Below, one piece after another: positions 44,513 to 56,312 of a stretch of DNA of 64,000 nt (position 1 is its first letter; every line of letters begins with the position of its first letter). The translations under genes were made by a program, and so were the position numbers. The notes under the pieces are model-generated. The model made no database searches and was not told where the DNA came from. It saw only the letters and a list, made by a program, of their open reading frames with translations. The DNA is from Wickerhamiella versatilis (Eukaryota): NCBI GenBank assembly GCA_030867685.1, contig JAQOWU010000008.1, forward strand, positions 1,550,001 through 1,614,000, given 5' to 3'.

Positions 44513-45916
44513 TCAGTAGGCGCTCTGAGAAGTTGTTGTCCCCTTGTACAGGTGTGCTAACAGCTCCTGACTGTTGTGAGCTGCCGACGGCTGGGCTGAT
44601 AAAAAAGGTGGTACCACAGCGGCAGGTGCTGGTGGGTTTGTCGAGCTTCCCTCTGTATCATGTGTGGATATAGCACGTTGCTCAACGGTGGGACCATCCA
44701 CGACCGGGGCAGCGAATGGAGCTGGAGCTGGGGCTGGGACTGGAGCTGGAGCTGGGGAAGGTGACAGCATTTCAAGTTCTGTCATAGCAGCTTTGCAAAT
44801 ATCCAATCTTTCGTTTTCAGGCACTATCACACTTACCAGGGAGGGAGCGTCACTTTTAAGATTGAATTGAAACGGCTGGTTTAGCAGAGCAAGGTTTTCC
44901 GACAATAGCTTAAGATCATCAGGTTCATTATCTGCATTATCTGGAAGCCGGTGGACCATCACAGCTGGTGTTTTGCCCCATGCACTCGCAGCAGGAGGCG
45001 TCGAAGGAACCGCTGCAGTTGCACCGCTTGGTTGACCAGTGACTACTGGCGTCGCTACTGGCGCAGGGGCTTGAGATACAACAGAATTGGGCTGCGTATG
45101 CCTGTGTTGCATTGCACTAAGATCGCGACGGGTGTAACTCTCCGTTTCTTCACCAGGCTCGTGGAGGAACATACATTGTGGGTTTTGGCAATGCTGGCCG
45201 CGAAGATATGAGGAGCAATATTTGGTAGTTCCATATGCCGCTCGGAGAATCCTTCCATCAGAGTTTGTAGATCCATCAACTGCTGCGATGCACTTTGCAG
45301 CATCTTCTTTCCTCGCAAATGTTACATACACACCGATCCCCGGCGCCCCATTAGTGTTAGTACGCTTGTTAACAATAATCTTCTGAATTTTGCCGTATTG
45401 TCCGAAGAACTGGTCTCCACGAAGAAGCTGTGGCAGGTCGTCGGTGGGACCCATGGGGTTAAGCCCAATAACGTATACAAGGTTTTTCTGGATGACTCGC
45501 ATACCTGCCAAATGCTTCTTAACCGAAGGATCCTTCATATCCTGGACAATGGAATGACTTCGAGGCTGGCCATGTGTGTCGTCCTTACGATCGCGCTCCT
45601 TCAACTGCTCCTTAAGCTGCTCCCTTTCACGCTGTTTTCGCTCCCGTTCCTTCCGCGCTTGACGAGCTTGCTCATTCTTTATTTCTTCAGCAGTCACTGG
45701 CTTATACTCCACACTTTCATCGTCATACATTCGCCGACACGCTGGGCATCGTCCGTTCAGCTCCGGATTTTGACGGATGTTATTGTAGCAGAACTGACAT
45801 ATTTGATAACCGCATGGGCATGGCTTGAAATTCCGGTCACTCAAATCTAGCTCTTCGATGCAAAGCGGACACAAATCCTCCTCGTCATCAGAAATAAATG
45901 AATCCTGGATTGCCAT
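44513..45916 (-). CDS. NOT4: CCR4-NOT E3 ligase Not4/Mot2
   Basis: C4C4 RING (CPLC...PCPCGYQICQFC...CPACRR), RRM (RVIQKNLVYVIGL), CCCH finger (GTTKYCSSYLRG). Confidence 0.96.
   Translation of the reverse strand: MAIQDSFISDDEEDLCPLCIEELDLSDRNFKPCPCGYQICQFCYNNIRQNPELNGRCPACRRMYDDESVEYKPVTAEEIKNEQARQARKERERKQREREQLKEQLKERDRKDDTHGQPRSHSIVQDMKDPSVKKHLAGMRVIQKNLVYVIGLNPMGPTDDLPQLLRGDQFFGQYGKIQKIIVNKRTNTNGAPGIGVYVTFARKEDAAKCIAAVDGSTNSDGRILRAAYGTTKYCSSYLRGQHCQNPQCMFLHEPGEETESYTRRDLSAMQHRHTQPNSVVSQAPAPVATPVVTGQPSGATAAVPSTPPAASAWGKTPAVMVHRLPDNADNEPDDLKLLSENLALLNQPFQFNLKSDAPSLVSVIVPENERLDICKAAMTELEMLSPSPAPAPVPAPAPAPFAAPVVDGPTVEQRAISTHDTEGSSTNPPAPAAVVPPFLSAQPSAAHNSQELLAHLYKGTTTSQSAY
44717..44757. repeat. 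6-nt tandem repeat encoding a (PA)n tract in Not4
   Basis: tggagc/tggggc/tgggac units, about 7 copies. Confidence 0.8.
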
Positions 45917-46145
45917 CTATGTTGGTATGAGGAGGTATTAATAATACAGAGAGCACCTGTAACACCAAATTTAGTTTTTACCATAAAAAAGGGGAGGTTC
46001 GGTATAGTTCATAATCGGCTTACGATTTTGTATCTTAAACTAGACAAACCACAGTATCGCTGGCACAATTCATGGCCGCTGTCACTTTATCTACTCTTGC
46101 CTACAATAATTAGATGTATTGATATTAGTCAGCTAGTAACGACCA

Positions 46146-46988
46146 ATGGCCATGTTCGCAATGCGATCAAGACAAGTGGCCGGCCGCTTTCTGCATACAA
46201 GCCGAGTATTGGGCAACAAATGGAAAACTCCAGTACAAAGTGCACCTGAAGGTTTACCGAACCTCCATGAGCTCCCTCGTGAGAAGGCAGAGTATGTTCG
46301 GATTCCGCAGGTCAATCCGGCCGACCAGTATAAATCGGTTGCTGAGGATTTGCACAAGTTTGGTCGTTACATTATGGCTGTTCTACCTAAGTACATCCAG
46401 CAGTTTACAGTATGGAAGGATGAACTCACAGTTTGTGTTGCTCCGACTGCTTTAGTTCCTGTGATGCGCTTCCTTCGTGACCACAGCGCGGCCCAGTATA
46501 AGGCTGTTATGGATATTACTGCTGTTGATTACCCATCACGTCACAACAGATTTGAAGTTGTTTATAATATGCTTTCCGTGCGCTATAATTCGCGTATTCG
46601 GGTCAAGACCTATGCTTCAGAGACAAGTGCTGTGCCCTCTATCTGCCATCTGTTTGAATCGGCAAACTGGTACGAGCGGGAAACATATGATATGTTTGGC
46701 GTCTTTTTCGAGGGCCACCCTGACTTGCGTCGGATTCTTACTGATTACGGCTTTGAGGGTCATCCTTTGCGTAAGGATTTCCCTCTCTCGGGATACACAG
46801 AGCTTCGATATGATGAAGAGAAGAAGCGTATTGTATATGAACCTGTTGAGCTAACACAAGCCTTCCGCAACTTTGGTGGTGGGTCAACAGTCTGGGAGCC
46901 TGTTGGTCCTGGCCGTGATGAGCGTCCAGATTCCTTCAAGTTGCCTGATCCGCAGCCGGAAGAGGAGAACAAGGATGAGAAAAAGTAA
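46146..46988 (+). CDS. Complex I 30-kDa subunit (NDUFS3/NUGM)
   Basis: [38 protein letters not shown]. Confidence 0.97.
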   Translation: MAMFAMRSRQVAGRFLHTSRVLGNKWKTPVQSAPEGLPNLHELPREKAEYVRIPQVNPADQYKSVAEDLHKFGRYIMAVLPKYIQQFTVWKDELTVCVAPTALVPVMRFLRDHSAAQYKAVMDITAVDYPSRHNRFEVVYNMLSVRYNSRIRVKTYASETSAVPSICHLFESANWYERETYDMFGVFFEGHPDLRRILTDYGFEGHPLRKDFPLSGYTELRYDEEKKRIVYEPVELTQAFRNFGGGSTVWEPVGPGRDERPDSFKLPDPQPEEENKDEKK

Positions 46989-47062
46989 TTACAGTACGAA
47001 CATGGATACTCTCGTACTCTAGCAGCTTAGGTGAAAAGTAAAATATAGTATCATTAAGTAGA

Positions 47063-47563
47063 TCAGGACTTACCTCGAGGATGTGCCCCGTAAGTGATGC
47101 TCCAGGCAGCATCTACCTCTGAGTCGACATGGTCAGCCAACTCTGGAACGGTCAAATGGCACAGCCACAGACGAATAATGTCAGTCACAAAAAACATAGG
47201 CGACAATACTACCACCACCAAGTACAGCTTCGCATTTGTAGGAAGTCGGAGAGTACCAAGCGGGGGAGGAGGCGGCCTCCCAGTTTGCAATTTATGATCA
47301 TACAGGACCTTGTTAGCGGATTCAATGCACCCATTTACTGCACGTGATGCAATGGGATCACGTACATAGAACCAAACGACGTAGACTCGAACCAAGTCAC
47401 TCACGAAGAGTAGTGGTCGCATGACCCATGAGATATACACAAACAGATGGTTCCATTGCTCGGGAGTTATTTTACGCATCTCATGCTCTCCGAAGTTAAG
47501 AATTCGCTGGATTATAGGGCTCACAGCGTAATTAACTATTCGATTGAATATCTTGGTAAGCAT
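47063..47563 (-). CDS. Orphan small membrane protein with an internal duplication
   Basis: 166 aa with two hydrophobic repeats separated by a poly-Pro linker. Confidence 0.6.
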   Translation of the reverse strand: MLTKIFNRIVNYAVSPIIQRILNFGEHEMRKITPEQWNHLFVYISWVMRPLLFVSDLVRVYVVWFYVRDPIASRAVNGCIESANKVLYDHKLQTGRPPPPPLGTLRLPTNAKLYLVVVVLSPMFFVTDIIRLWLCHLTVPELADHVDSEVDAAWSITYGAHPRGKS

Positions 47564-47620
47564 GAAAGTATCTCGGGAGTCTGGGGGAGCATTTCTTTTA
47601 GGAAAGTTTATAGATTGATT

Positions 47621-48775
47621 TTAAAGGCTTGCTAATTCGGACTTTAAATTTTGTAACTCTTGACTCTTTTGAGAATAGTGTTGTCGCAAAGCATCCATTT
47701 GCTCTGCGAGAAGGCTGATTTCTTCCTCGGATCGACTCAGGTCCGAACCACTTGAAGTATGACCACTCCGTTTCTTATGCAATTGGTTCTCTTTGTATTC
47801 TAGTAGTTGTTGTAGCTCTCGTTTTACCACCGATGAGCTATTGGAGCTGCTTGACCTACCCTCGCGGCTTTGCAGCTTTTTAATTTTATCCTCGATGTCA
47901 TTAAGTTCTCGTTTCAATCGCACTTCTTCCCAGTCTGTGTCCTTGGTACCAGAAAAATCTGTACCTCTGCTTTGATATCCCTGGCTTTTCCCACCCAGAC
48001 CCATTCGGCTTAAGTAGCCCTCCGCGAACGAACCCCTGGAGGATAAGGGACGACGAATCTCTGACTGGCGTGAATTGACATCATAAGCAGGAATATCCTT
48101 TCCAAAAGATGCTCTGAGCGACGAGGGAATTCCTCTTGGCACACGAACACCCTTGGAGCGATTATTCAATATGTGCAGAAACACAATGCACTGCTCTTTA
48201 TCAATTTTTTCATCTGAACGAGGGTTTACCAGGTTCCATGCTGAGGAAATATCAGTGTCTGGCACCCCATCAAGGCTTCTATACAGCTCCGAAAGCGAAT
48301 CAAAACTGACTTTCCCCAGGGAGTCTGAATTAACACTGTACACACTGTCATATGCTCTCCGGTCATCTGGCGATATGTACCAGTTGAAATCAGAACTGAG
48401 CCCTGTATCATCGTCATCATCACGCATGGAAGACCTCTGGGGCATCGCTCCAATACCACTAGGTTGAGATCCTCCCACGAGGTGCTGCTTCGAACCTGGC
48501 ACCAGCCATTGAGGCAATGTGGGGGGAACGTCTGGCATGTCACCTTTTAATATGTCAAAAACAAGACGCATGGCGATGCAGAATTCCTCAAAATCCATTG
48601 TTCCGTCACCATCAATGTCTGCTAGATCCCAGATCTTTTCTAATTTATTGTCGGGCAGCTGCGAGTTCTTCAGTAGAGCAAACATCGTGTTACCGGTGAG
48701 TCGCCCATTCACTGGCTGCTGGCCCTGGAAGATTTGCCAATACTTGGAAATCTCACTCTGCGTTAGCTCGGGCAT
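47621..48775 (-). CDS. END3: EH-domain endocytic protein End3
   Basis: MPELTQSEISKYWQIF, IWDLADIDGDGTMDFEEF, TDWEEVRLKREL. ATG at 48775. Confidence 0.95.
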   Translation of the reverse strand: MPELTQSEISKYWQIFQGQQPVNGRLTGNTMFALLKNSQLPDNKLEKIWDLADIDGDGTMDFEEFCIAMRLVFDILKGDMPDVPPTLPQWLVPGSKQHLVGGSQPSGIGAMPQRSSMRDDDDDTGLSSDFNWYISPDDRRAYDSVYSVNSDSLGKVSFDSLSELYRSLDGVPDTDISSAWNLVNPRSDEKIDKEQCIVFLHILNNRSKGVRVPRGIPSSLRASFGKDIPAYDVNSRQSEIRRPLSSRGSFAEGYLSRMGLGGKSQGYQSRGTDFSGTKDTDWEEVRLKRELNDIEDKIKKLQSREGRSSSSNSSSVVKRELQQLLEYKENQLHKKRSGHTSSGSDLSRSEEEISLLAEQMDALRQHYSQKSQELQNLKSELASL

Positions 48776-49044
48776 ATCTAGCTTCACGCTGATGGATGTC
48801 TGACTAAACCAGTCTATTCGAGCTGAGGCCAGCCCCTCAAAACCTCCACACTGCCTCCTAAGATTTAACCTAGTGAACAGGCTGAAATTCGAGGCAGTCT
48901 CATCCCATCTACCATTTATATCTATAGACATCCGTCTTACATGGGCGATGAAATTTTACGAAAATTTAGAAGGCTATATATTAAGAGATGCATCCGCATG
49001 CAGCGCATCAATCAAGCAAGCCGCATACTTAGAGCTGGAGCGAA

Positions 49045-49754
<710 letters not shown>

Positions 49755-50046
49755 TCTTGTGTGTGCTGAGTAGAAGGAAGACGCTCGTTAGCGGTGACTA
49801 AGCTATAGGTGCGGACGTGTGACAGGCTAGCCAATCACGGCGAGTGGGCAAGATTGCAGCGCTGCCGGAATGAAATATACGTGAAGTAGCTCCTAAGTCA
49901 CCTATATATCTGTGTCTATAATCCAACGCGTTCCCATGGAGCAATACTGCGCTGCAGCTAAAATTGACCTCTGGTTTAGGGTACTTCAGCCCAGCCAGGA
50001 GATCCCAAAACTTGCATGATAAGCAAGCTATCTAATACGAGTGACA

Positions 50047-50064
50047 TTAGGGCCTAGGGCCTAT
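50047..50064. promoter_or_regulatory. Imperfect Tbf1-type element TTAGGGCCTAGGGCCTAT
   Basis: Starts 82 nt upstream of the RPL35 ATG, nearly the same position as the RPS24 palindrome. Confidence 0.55.
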
Positions 50065-50128
50065 TATCTAATGCGCTTGTCGGGCAGTGACTCGGGAGGT
50101 ATCGAGCATCGACGGACTTGTGACACAC

Positions 50129-50455
50129 ATGGCGGAGCTCAGTGAACTATTCGTCGAGCTTGAGGAGCAACGTGCCAACTTGGTTGGATTGCGTGCAAAG
50201 CAGCAGTCAGTCCGTGCTGGTGAGATTAAGCGTATGCGCAAGACCATTGCCCGCACCCTCACCAAGATCAACGGCATCCGCCGCGAGTCTGCCCGCGCTG
50301 CCGCATCGCCCAAGTACCTGCCAAAGGACTTGCGGGAGAAGAAGACCCGTGCTATCCGTCGGCGGATGCTTCCAGAGGAGGCCAACGCCAAGACCCTGAA
50401 GCAGCAGAAGAAGGCTTCTGCCTTCCCCCAGCGCAAGTTCGCTATCAAGGCCTAA
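50129..50455 (+). CDS. RPL35: 60S ribosomal protein uL29 (short, divergent N-terminus)
   Basis: RKTIARTLTKIN, KYLPKDLREKKTRAIRR, FPQRKFAIKA. ATG at 50129 (108 aa). Confidence 0.93.
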   Translation: MAELSELFVELEEQRANLVGLRAKQQSVRAGEIKRMRKTIARTLTKINGIRRESARAAASPKYLPKDLREKKTRAIRRRMLPEEANAKTLKQQKKASAFPQRKFAIKA

Positions 50456-50847
50456 AAAGTAACTTAAGCATGTAATGCCGTGAAATTTCTACTAAAACAA
50501 GGATAGTTCTGCGTAATATGCGTGTTGTGTGTGCCGTTGAAAGCACTTCGAACGTATACGGTCCAATGAATGAATGAATATCCAACTGACCGAAGCACTA
50601 GTAGAATGCTGGCACCACATGTTTACTTGGTGAAGGGCAATCGAAGATAGCTATGCTATGCGTGGCCAAGCCATGTTTCTGCAAATAAAGGATACATACA
50701 TAATTCAAAATAAATAATTATAAAAAAACAGCAACAAAACCGGTCGAGTCTCTCCGGGCTCTATGCGTTTGGTGTGCTCCTCAGAGCCGCCGTTGTCCAT
50801 CTCCAAAGTGGTCCGCTGGTCAAACCTAACCGCGGACGCAGCGCACA

Positions 50848-51828
50848 ATGGACATATCGAAGGGGGAAATACGAAAAGAATACCTTACTGAAATTGCCAT
50901 AGGTTCTGGGGGCTGGGTGGGCCGTGCGCAAACATCCCGGGATCGCTCAACGGATGAATTGGTCGCGGTGTGCTCTGTACGCAGACCCCATGAACGCCAT
51001 GCCTTAAGGTTGTTTCGTGCTTTGGGGCCTCAGCCTCCGTCAATTATCGGCCTTCGGGCAATATTTGAGGACAATATGCACAACAATATTCATTTCGTGT
51101 TTGAGTGGATGAACCAGAACCTTGCACAGCTGATCAGCTCCAAGAACGGCATACCGCTAGATCTTGCAGTCATCATTAAGATCGGCAAGGAGATTCTTAC
51201 GGGGCTCGCCTACATCCATTCCTCAGGGTTTGCCCATAGAAACGTCCGTCCCACCAATATTCTTGTTACGGAAACGGTCAGGGGAATGGTGGTGAAATTG
51301 GCTGATTTCTCGCAGGCCTGGCCCACTCGGTTACAGGTCAAAACAGACAAGACAAATATACCACAATATCGCGCCCCTGAACAGCTCCTCTGCACAAGCA
51401 GCTCCTCAAACCACATTGACATTTGGGCCTTCGGGGTCGTCATGGCAGAGCTATGCAACCTGATGCCACTGTTCCCTGGGACGACCCCTGAGGATATTTT
51501 ACTCCGCCAAACACTCCTTCTCAAGATCCCACTGCGCGAAATGACCGGTAGTACACGTAACCTACCAACAACGCGGGCGAGACATGTTTCACGGAGTAGG
51601 CGCCATGGCATACGTGCCGAGGAACTTCTACGCTTTGATATACACAGCTTTCTGGGACAAACTATCGCCGCATGCCTGAATTCAGACCCATTGAGGCGCC
51701 CTACAGCTCAGCAGGTCCATCTTTTAATATCAAAATCGCCTGAATCGCCTCGTCATGATAATGGCCGTCACCAGTCGTCAATCATACATGACCGGGTCCT
51801 GAGATTAACCCGACGATTATACCAGTAG
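50848..51828 (+). CDS. Ime2/MAK-like CMGC kinase with degenerate catalytic motifs (probable pseudokinase)
   Basis: FVFEWMNQNL, YRAPE and DIWAFGVVMAELCNLMPLFPG are Ime2-like, but the catalytic motifs read VAVC, HRN and DFS. Confidence 0.75.
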   Translation: MDISKGEIRKEYLTEIAIGSGGWVGRAQTSRDRSTDELVAVCSVRRPHERHALRLFRALGPQPPSIIGLRAIFEDNMHNNIHFVFEWMNQNLAQLISSKNGIPLDLAVIIKIGKEILTGLAYIHSSGFAHRNVRPTNILVTETVRGMVVKLADFSQAWPTRLQVKTDKTNIPQYRAPEQLLCTSSSSNHIDIWAFGVVMAELCNLMPLFPGTTPEDILLRQTLLLKIPLREMTGSTRNLPTTRARHVSRSRRHGIRAEELLRFDIHSFLGQTIAACLNSDPLRRPTAQQVHLLISKSPESPRHDNGRHQSSIIHDRVLRLTRRLYQ

Positions 51829-51852
51829 CCATAAATATTTCCAGAGGAAGGC

Positions 51853-52227
51853 TTATTTGGAAATGCCCTCACGTCCTCTTAGCCGTAATGCCAGCCATAT
51901 ATCATCAGGCATAAGGGTGACCCGCTTCGCATGAACGGCACAAAGATTTGCATCCTGTAACACTCCGACAATATACGCCTCAGCCGCTTCCTGAAGAGCA
52001 TCCAGCGCGCTACTTTTCCAGTAAAGCTCATTACTTCCATCGGTCACCTCAAGGGCAACTTGACGCACGGCATGTGCAAATGGGATTCGCCGCATCAGCA
52101 AGTTCGTACTCCTCTGATAAGCCTCTATTTCCTGCTGCGTTGATTCGTAGCGTTCTGTCTTTCTTCGTCGCATTTTAACCCCAGCATCCCTCTCGGCCTT
52201 CTTGGAGACGCGTCCTTCTACCGCCAT
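51853..52227 (-). CDS. CSE4: Centromeric histone H3 variant (CenH3/CENP-A-like), 124 aa
   Basis: H3 fold ([24 protein letters not shown]) with CenH3 hallmarks: longer loop 1, W at H3 F84, no Q68, non-H3 tail. Confidence 0.75.
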   Translation of the reverse strand: MAVEGRVSKKAERDAGVKMRRRKTERYESTQQEIEAYQRSTNLLMRRIPFAHAVRQVALEVTDGSNELYWKSSALDALQEAAEAYIVGVLQDANLCAVHAKRVTLMPDDIWLALRLRGREGISK

Positions 52228-52635
52228 GATCTCTACTGAGTCAGCATGTGATCACTAGCAGTTCATTTTATCCTCTTTTTCGACAAGAATGATTCTTCTT
52301 GAGTTTCGCAATTTTTTTAAACTAGCAATAATGAACCTAAGCTCGAACTTGGGCTTGAAATAGAACTGAACTCACGTACAATCCCTGTAGTAAAGCCTTG
52401 TGATACCGGTGTTTTTCATTACACGTAATCTGTCTATGTAGCTTAAACGAGTGGCTATCCCTAATGCGTCTGTAATGAATTGAGGTATTGAGGCACACAG
52501 TTTCTCAACTTTTCACTTCACAGAGATTGATTTTTGGAAAAAGCAATGTCAGACACCCGGTGAGCTAAGCATCACTGGCCCACATGAGTAGAAGTTTGCG
52601 ATATGATCCGTACGTAATCAAGCCAGTTAGTAATT

Positions 52636-54498
52636 ATGGCCGGACTGGTAGAGAATGCTCGCAAGGAGCTTCAGCGGGTTAGTCTGACCGACGAAGCTGA
52701 TAACGAGAGCCACTATGGTTCTATTTTCTCTGTTTCGGGACCTGTGGTTGTTGCTGAGAACATGATTGGCTGTGCTATGTACGAACTCGTGCGTGTTGGC
52801 CACGGCAACCTTGTTGGAGAGGTCATCCGGATTGAGGGTGATAAGGCAACCATTCAGGTTTATGAGGAGACGTCTGGTTTGATGGTGGGTGATCCTGTCC
52901 AGCGTACGGGTAAGCCTCTGAGTGTTGAGCTGGGGCCTGGTCTTGCCGAGACTATCTACGATGGTATCCAGCGGCCGCTACGTGGAATTAAGGAGTTGAG
53001 CAAGAGTATCTATATTCCTCGTGGTATCAATGCCCCGGCGCTTGATAGGGAGAAGAAGTATCAATTTACTCCCCATGAAGGCCTCAAGCAGGGCGATCAC
53101 CTTACAGGGGGTGATGTCTTTGGCTCGGTGTTTGAGAACTCGCTGGTATCTGACCATAAAATCCTGCTCCCCCCGCGTGCCCGCGGTACAATCACCTATC
53201 TCGCCCCAGCAGGTGATTACACTGTTGACGAGAAGATCCTCGAGGTGGAGTTCCAGGATAAGAAGTTCGAGTACTCGATGTACCACACGTGGCCGGTAAG
53301 AATTCCTCGTCCCGTTGCCGATAAGTCGAGGGCAAACTACCCACTTCTGACAGGCCAACGTGTGCTTGATTCTCTGTTCCCCATGGTTCAAGGTGGTACA
53401 ACCTGTATCCCAGGTGCCTTCGGCTGCGGTAAGACAGTCATTTCGCAGTCACTTTCAAAATTTTCGAACTCGGACCTCATTGTTTACGTTGGTTGTGGTG
53501 AGCGTGGTAATGAAATGGCTGAGGTACTCAAGGAGTTCCCCGAACTTTATGCCGAGGTCAACGGTCAAAAGGAGTCCATTATGAAGCGTACGACGCTCGT
53601 GGCAAATACCTCTAACATGCCGGTAGCTGCTCGTGAGGCCTCCATTTATACTGGTATCACTCTTGCCGAGTACTTCCGTGACCAAGGCAAGCACGTGGCC
53701 ATGATTGCCGACTCCTCCTCCCGTTGGGCAGAGGCGCTTCGTGAGATTTCCGGTCGGTTGGGTGAAATGCCTGCTGATCAAGGTTATCCTGCCTATCTTG
53801 GTACAAAGCTAGCAAGTTTCTATGAGCGTGCTGGCCGGGCCAGTGCGTTGGGCTCTCCTGACCGTACAGGTTCGGTATCTATCGTGGCTGCGGTATCTCC
53901 CCAGGGTGGTGACTACTCAGAGCCTGTTACCACTGCCACGCTTGGTATCACACAAGTTTTCTGGGGTCTCGACAAAAAGCTTGCGCAGCGTAAGCACTTC
54001 CCCTCGATTAATACCTCGGCATCGTACTCTAAGTATACGGATATCTTGAATCCATACTACGAGAAGCATTATCCTGACTTCCCGGCGCTCCGAACAACTC
54101 TCAAGGAAATCATCTCGAAGTCTGAGGACCTTGAACAGGTTGTACAGCTTGTGGGTAAGTCTGCTCTTGGCGATCCTGATAAGATTACGCTGGACACCGC
54201 GTCATTGATCAAGGACGACTTCCTGCAGCAAAATGGATACAGTGACTACGATGCCTTCTGCCCCATCTGGAAGACTAACGATATGATGCGGGCCTTTGTT
54301 ACGTATCACGATGAGGCACAGAAAGCCATTGCCTCGGGCGCCCAGTGGTCAAAGCTCTCTCAGCAGACAGCTGACGTTCGTCACAAGGTGTCATCCGCGA
54401 AGTTCTTCCTGCCCTCGGAGGGATACGAGAAAGGACACAAGGAATATACTGAACTTGTCAACGAGATCATTGACAAGTTCGCTGAGTCTCACGAGTAA
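52636..54498 (+). CDS. VMA1: V-ATPase catalytic subunit A (no intein)
   Basis: GAFGCGKT, uninterrupted [24 protein letters not shown]. Confidence 0.99.
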   Translation: MAGLVENARKELQRVSLTDEADNESHYGSIFSVSGPVVVAENMIGCAMYELVRVGHGNLVGEVIRIEGDKATIQVYEETSGLMVGDPVQRTGKPLSVELGPGLAETIYDGIQRPLRGIKELSKSIYIPRGINAPALDREKKYQFTPHEGLKQGDHLTGGDVFGSVFENSLVSDHKILLPPRARGTITYLAPAGDYTVDEKILEVEFQDKKFEYSMYHTWPVRIPRPVADKSRANYPLLTGQRVLDSLFPMVQGGTTCIPGAFGCGKTVISQSLSKFSNSDLIVYVGCGERGNEMAEVLKEFPELYAEVNGQKESIMKRTTLVANTSNMPVAAREASIYTGITLAEYFRDQGKHVAMIADSSSRWAEALREISGRLGEMPADQGYPAYLGTKLASFYERAGRASALGSPDRTGSVSIVAAVSPQGGDYSEPVTTATLGITQVFWGLDKKLAQRKHFPSINTSASYSKYTDILNPYYEKHYPDFPALRTTLKEIISKSEDLEQVVQLVGKSALGDPDKITLDTASLIKDDFLQQNGYSDYDAFCPIWKTNDMMRAFVTYHDEAQKAIASGAQWSKLSQQTADVRHKVSSAKFFLPSEGYEKGHKEYTELVNEIIDKFAESHE

Positions 54499-54969
54499 GC
54501 TCTATGAATCTAAAGGTGGTTTGCCCACTGGCCACTCTTGGATTGAAGTGGACTACGAAGAGCGCAGATCATCATCTCACGGGCTTTGGGGTCCTGCTTT
54601 GATGTTCTCTAGGCTTGTGCTCAGCTCGGATCCGAGACCCAGCGATCAAATAGAACGGCAGTTATTGAGAAGAAGGAGCTTTATTCTGCTTAGACTATGT
54701 AACTAACATCGACCTAATCTGTTATATGGAATACGAAATAACTATCACTGGACAATAGAACTACTATTGCAGTCACTTCATTGTCTCAGCAGCGGTAAGG
54801 ACAAATCTTCCCGACTGCTCTAAAAATTAAAGTCGATCTGTCCAGTGTTTCTCTTTATTGATTGTTTCAGAAACATACCGTCTTCGATCCGCTGACACAT
54901 TGGAATGATTAGGGTGACTGACGTAAACACACGCGAAGTCATCACGAACGCCCCCACCACCTCCTAGCG

Positions 54970-56007
54970 ATGGAAATTGACCCTGATGTGCAGATGGAGG
55001 ATGCTGTTGATGGTGCTGGAGCACTAGACTTGCAGGATGCGCCCTATGGTGGTGAAGGGCTTGCAAGTCTAAGCTCACCAGTGCCAGCAGCAAGCCTTGG
55101 GGAGCTTGACGGATGGCTTGAAACGTTGAAGAAATGCGAACCTCTGTCAGAGCGAGAGGTCCATCAGCTATGTCAGATGGCGAAGGATATTTTGCAGTTC
55201 GAACACAATGTGCAGCCGGTTTCTGCACCTGTCACAGTCTGTGGTGATGTACATGGCCAGTTCCACGATCTCATGGAACTGTTTAGGGTCGGTGGTCCCT
55301 GTCCGGATACTAATTATCTGTTTATGGGTGACTATGTGGACCGTGGTTACTACTCTGTTGAGTCTGTCAGTTACCTTGTTGCCCTCAAAGTTCGTTATCC
55401 CAAGCGCATCACTATCCTTCGTGGGAACCACGAGTCACGACAAATAACGCAAGTTTATGGTTTTTACGATGAGTGCCTTAGAAAATATGGAAGTGCTAAT
55501 GTGTGGAAGCTGTTTACTGACCTTTTCGATTACTTTCCCATTACCGCGCTCGTGGAAAATAAGATCTTCTGTCTGCATGGCGGGCTGTCGCCCACAGTTG
55601 AGAATATTGACACTATAAAAGGTTTGAACAGGTTCCAGGAAGTACCTCATGATGGTGCCATGTCTGATTTATTGTGGTCGGATCCGGATGAGCGACCCAA
55701 TTGGGGAGTGAGTCCACGTGGTGCTGGGTACACATTTGGGCCCGACATTTCTGAGCAGTTCAACCACAAAAATGATCTCTCACTCATCTCACGTGCTCAC
55801 CAGCTGGTCATGGAGGGTTTTGCGTGGTCTCATGAGCAACAGGTCGTCACAATTTTTTCTGCACCAAACTATTGTTACCGCTGTGGTAACCAAGCGGCCA
55901 TTATGGAGCTGGATGAGGATCTTTATAACACGTTTTTACAGTTCGATCCATCCCCACGAGCTAATGAGCCCAGCGTCAGCAGAAAGACGCCTGATTACTT
56001 CCTTTGA
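54970..56007 (+). CDS. PPH21: PP2A catalytic subunit
   Basis: [30 protein letters not shown]-terminus TPDYFL; acidic N-terminal extension. Confidence 0.93.
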   Translation: MEIDPDVQMEDAVDGAGALDLQDAPYGGEGLASLSSPVPAASLGELDGWLETLKKCEPLSEREVHQLCQMAKDILQFEHNVQPVSAPVTVCGDVHGQFHDLMELFRVGGPCPDTNYLFMGDYVDRGYYSVESVSYLVALKVRYPKRITILRGNHESRQITQVYGFYDECLRKYGSANVWKLFTDLFDYFPITALVENKIFCLHGGLSPTVENIDTIKGLNRFQEVPHDGAMSDLLWSDPDERPNWGVSPRGAGYTFGPDISEQFNHKNDLSLISRAHQLVMEGFAWSHEQQVVTIFSAPNYCYRCGNQAAIMELDEDLYNTFLQFDPSPRANEPSVSRKTPDYFL

Positions 56008-56312
56008 ATGTTGTTAGTGCATCCTAATCTCTTAGAGGTTGAGTTTTTGTCTTTATTAGTGAAAAGATGATGCTGAGCCATCTGAATTATAACAATTTCT
56101 TTTGTCGCAGTTAATATCATAGCGCAAGTACAAGTGTATGGAAATCGCAAACTATTGGTAGTCTAGTCATTGGAAAGCTGAGTACGTTTCGATAGGCTTT
56201 ACTATTCCAGAAGTTAGTACGGCTTCATTGATTTTTTATACATGTGGGCATCAACATCAACGAATTTGATGTGTGACTTGTGTCGCACAATTTCAATCAA
56301 AACCAAAGTTTA

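Noticed and set aside
52232-52419. Possible upstream exon and intron for CenH3 (GTGAGT at 52375, GCTGAC near 52241-52246)
   Set aside because: None of the available acceptors puts the upstream ATG in frame with the histone ORF.
53480-53520. VMA1 intein (VDE) insertion site
   Set aside because: The sequence reads [10 protein letters not shown] without interruption, so there is no intein.
54499-54706. ORF 54296-54706 extending beyond the VMA1 stop
   Set aside because: Vma1 ends normally; the extension has no recognisable protein features or shift signal.
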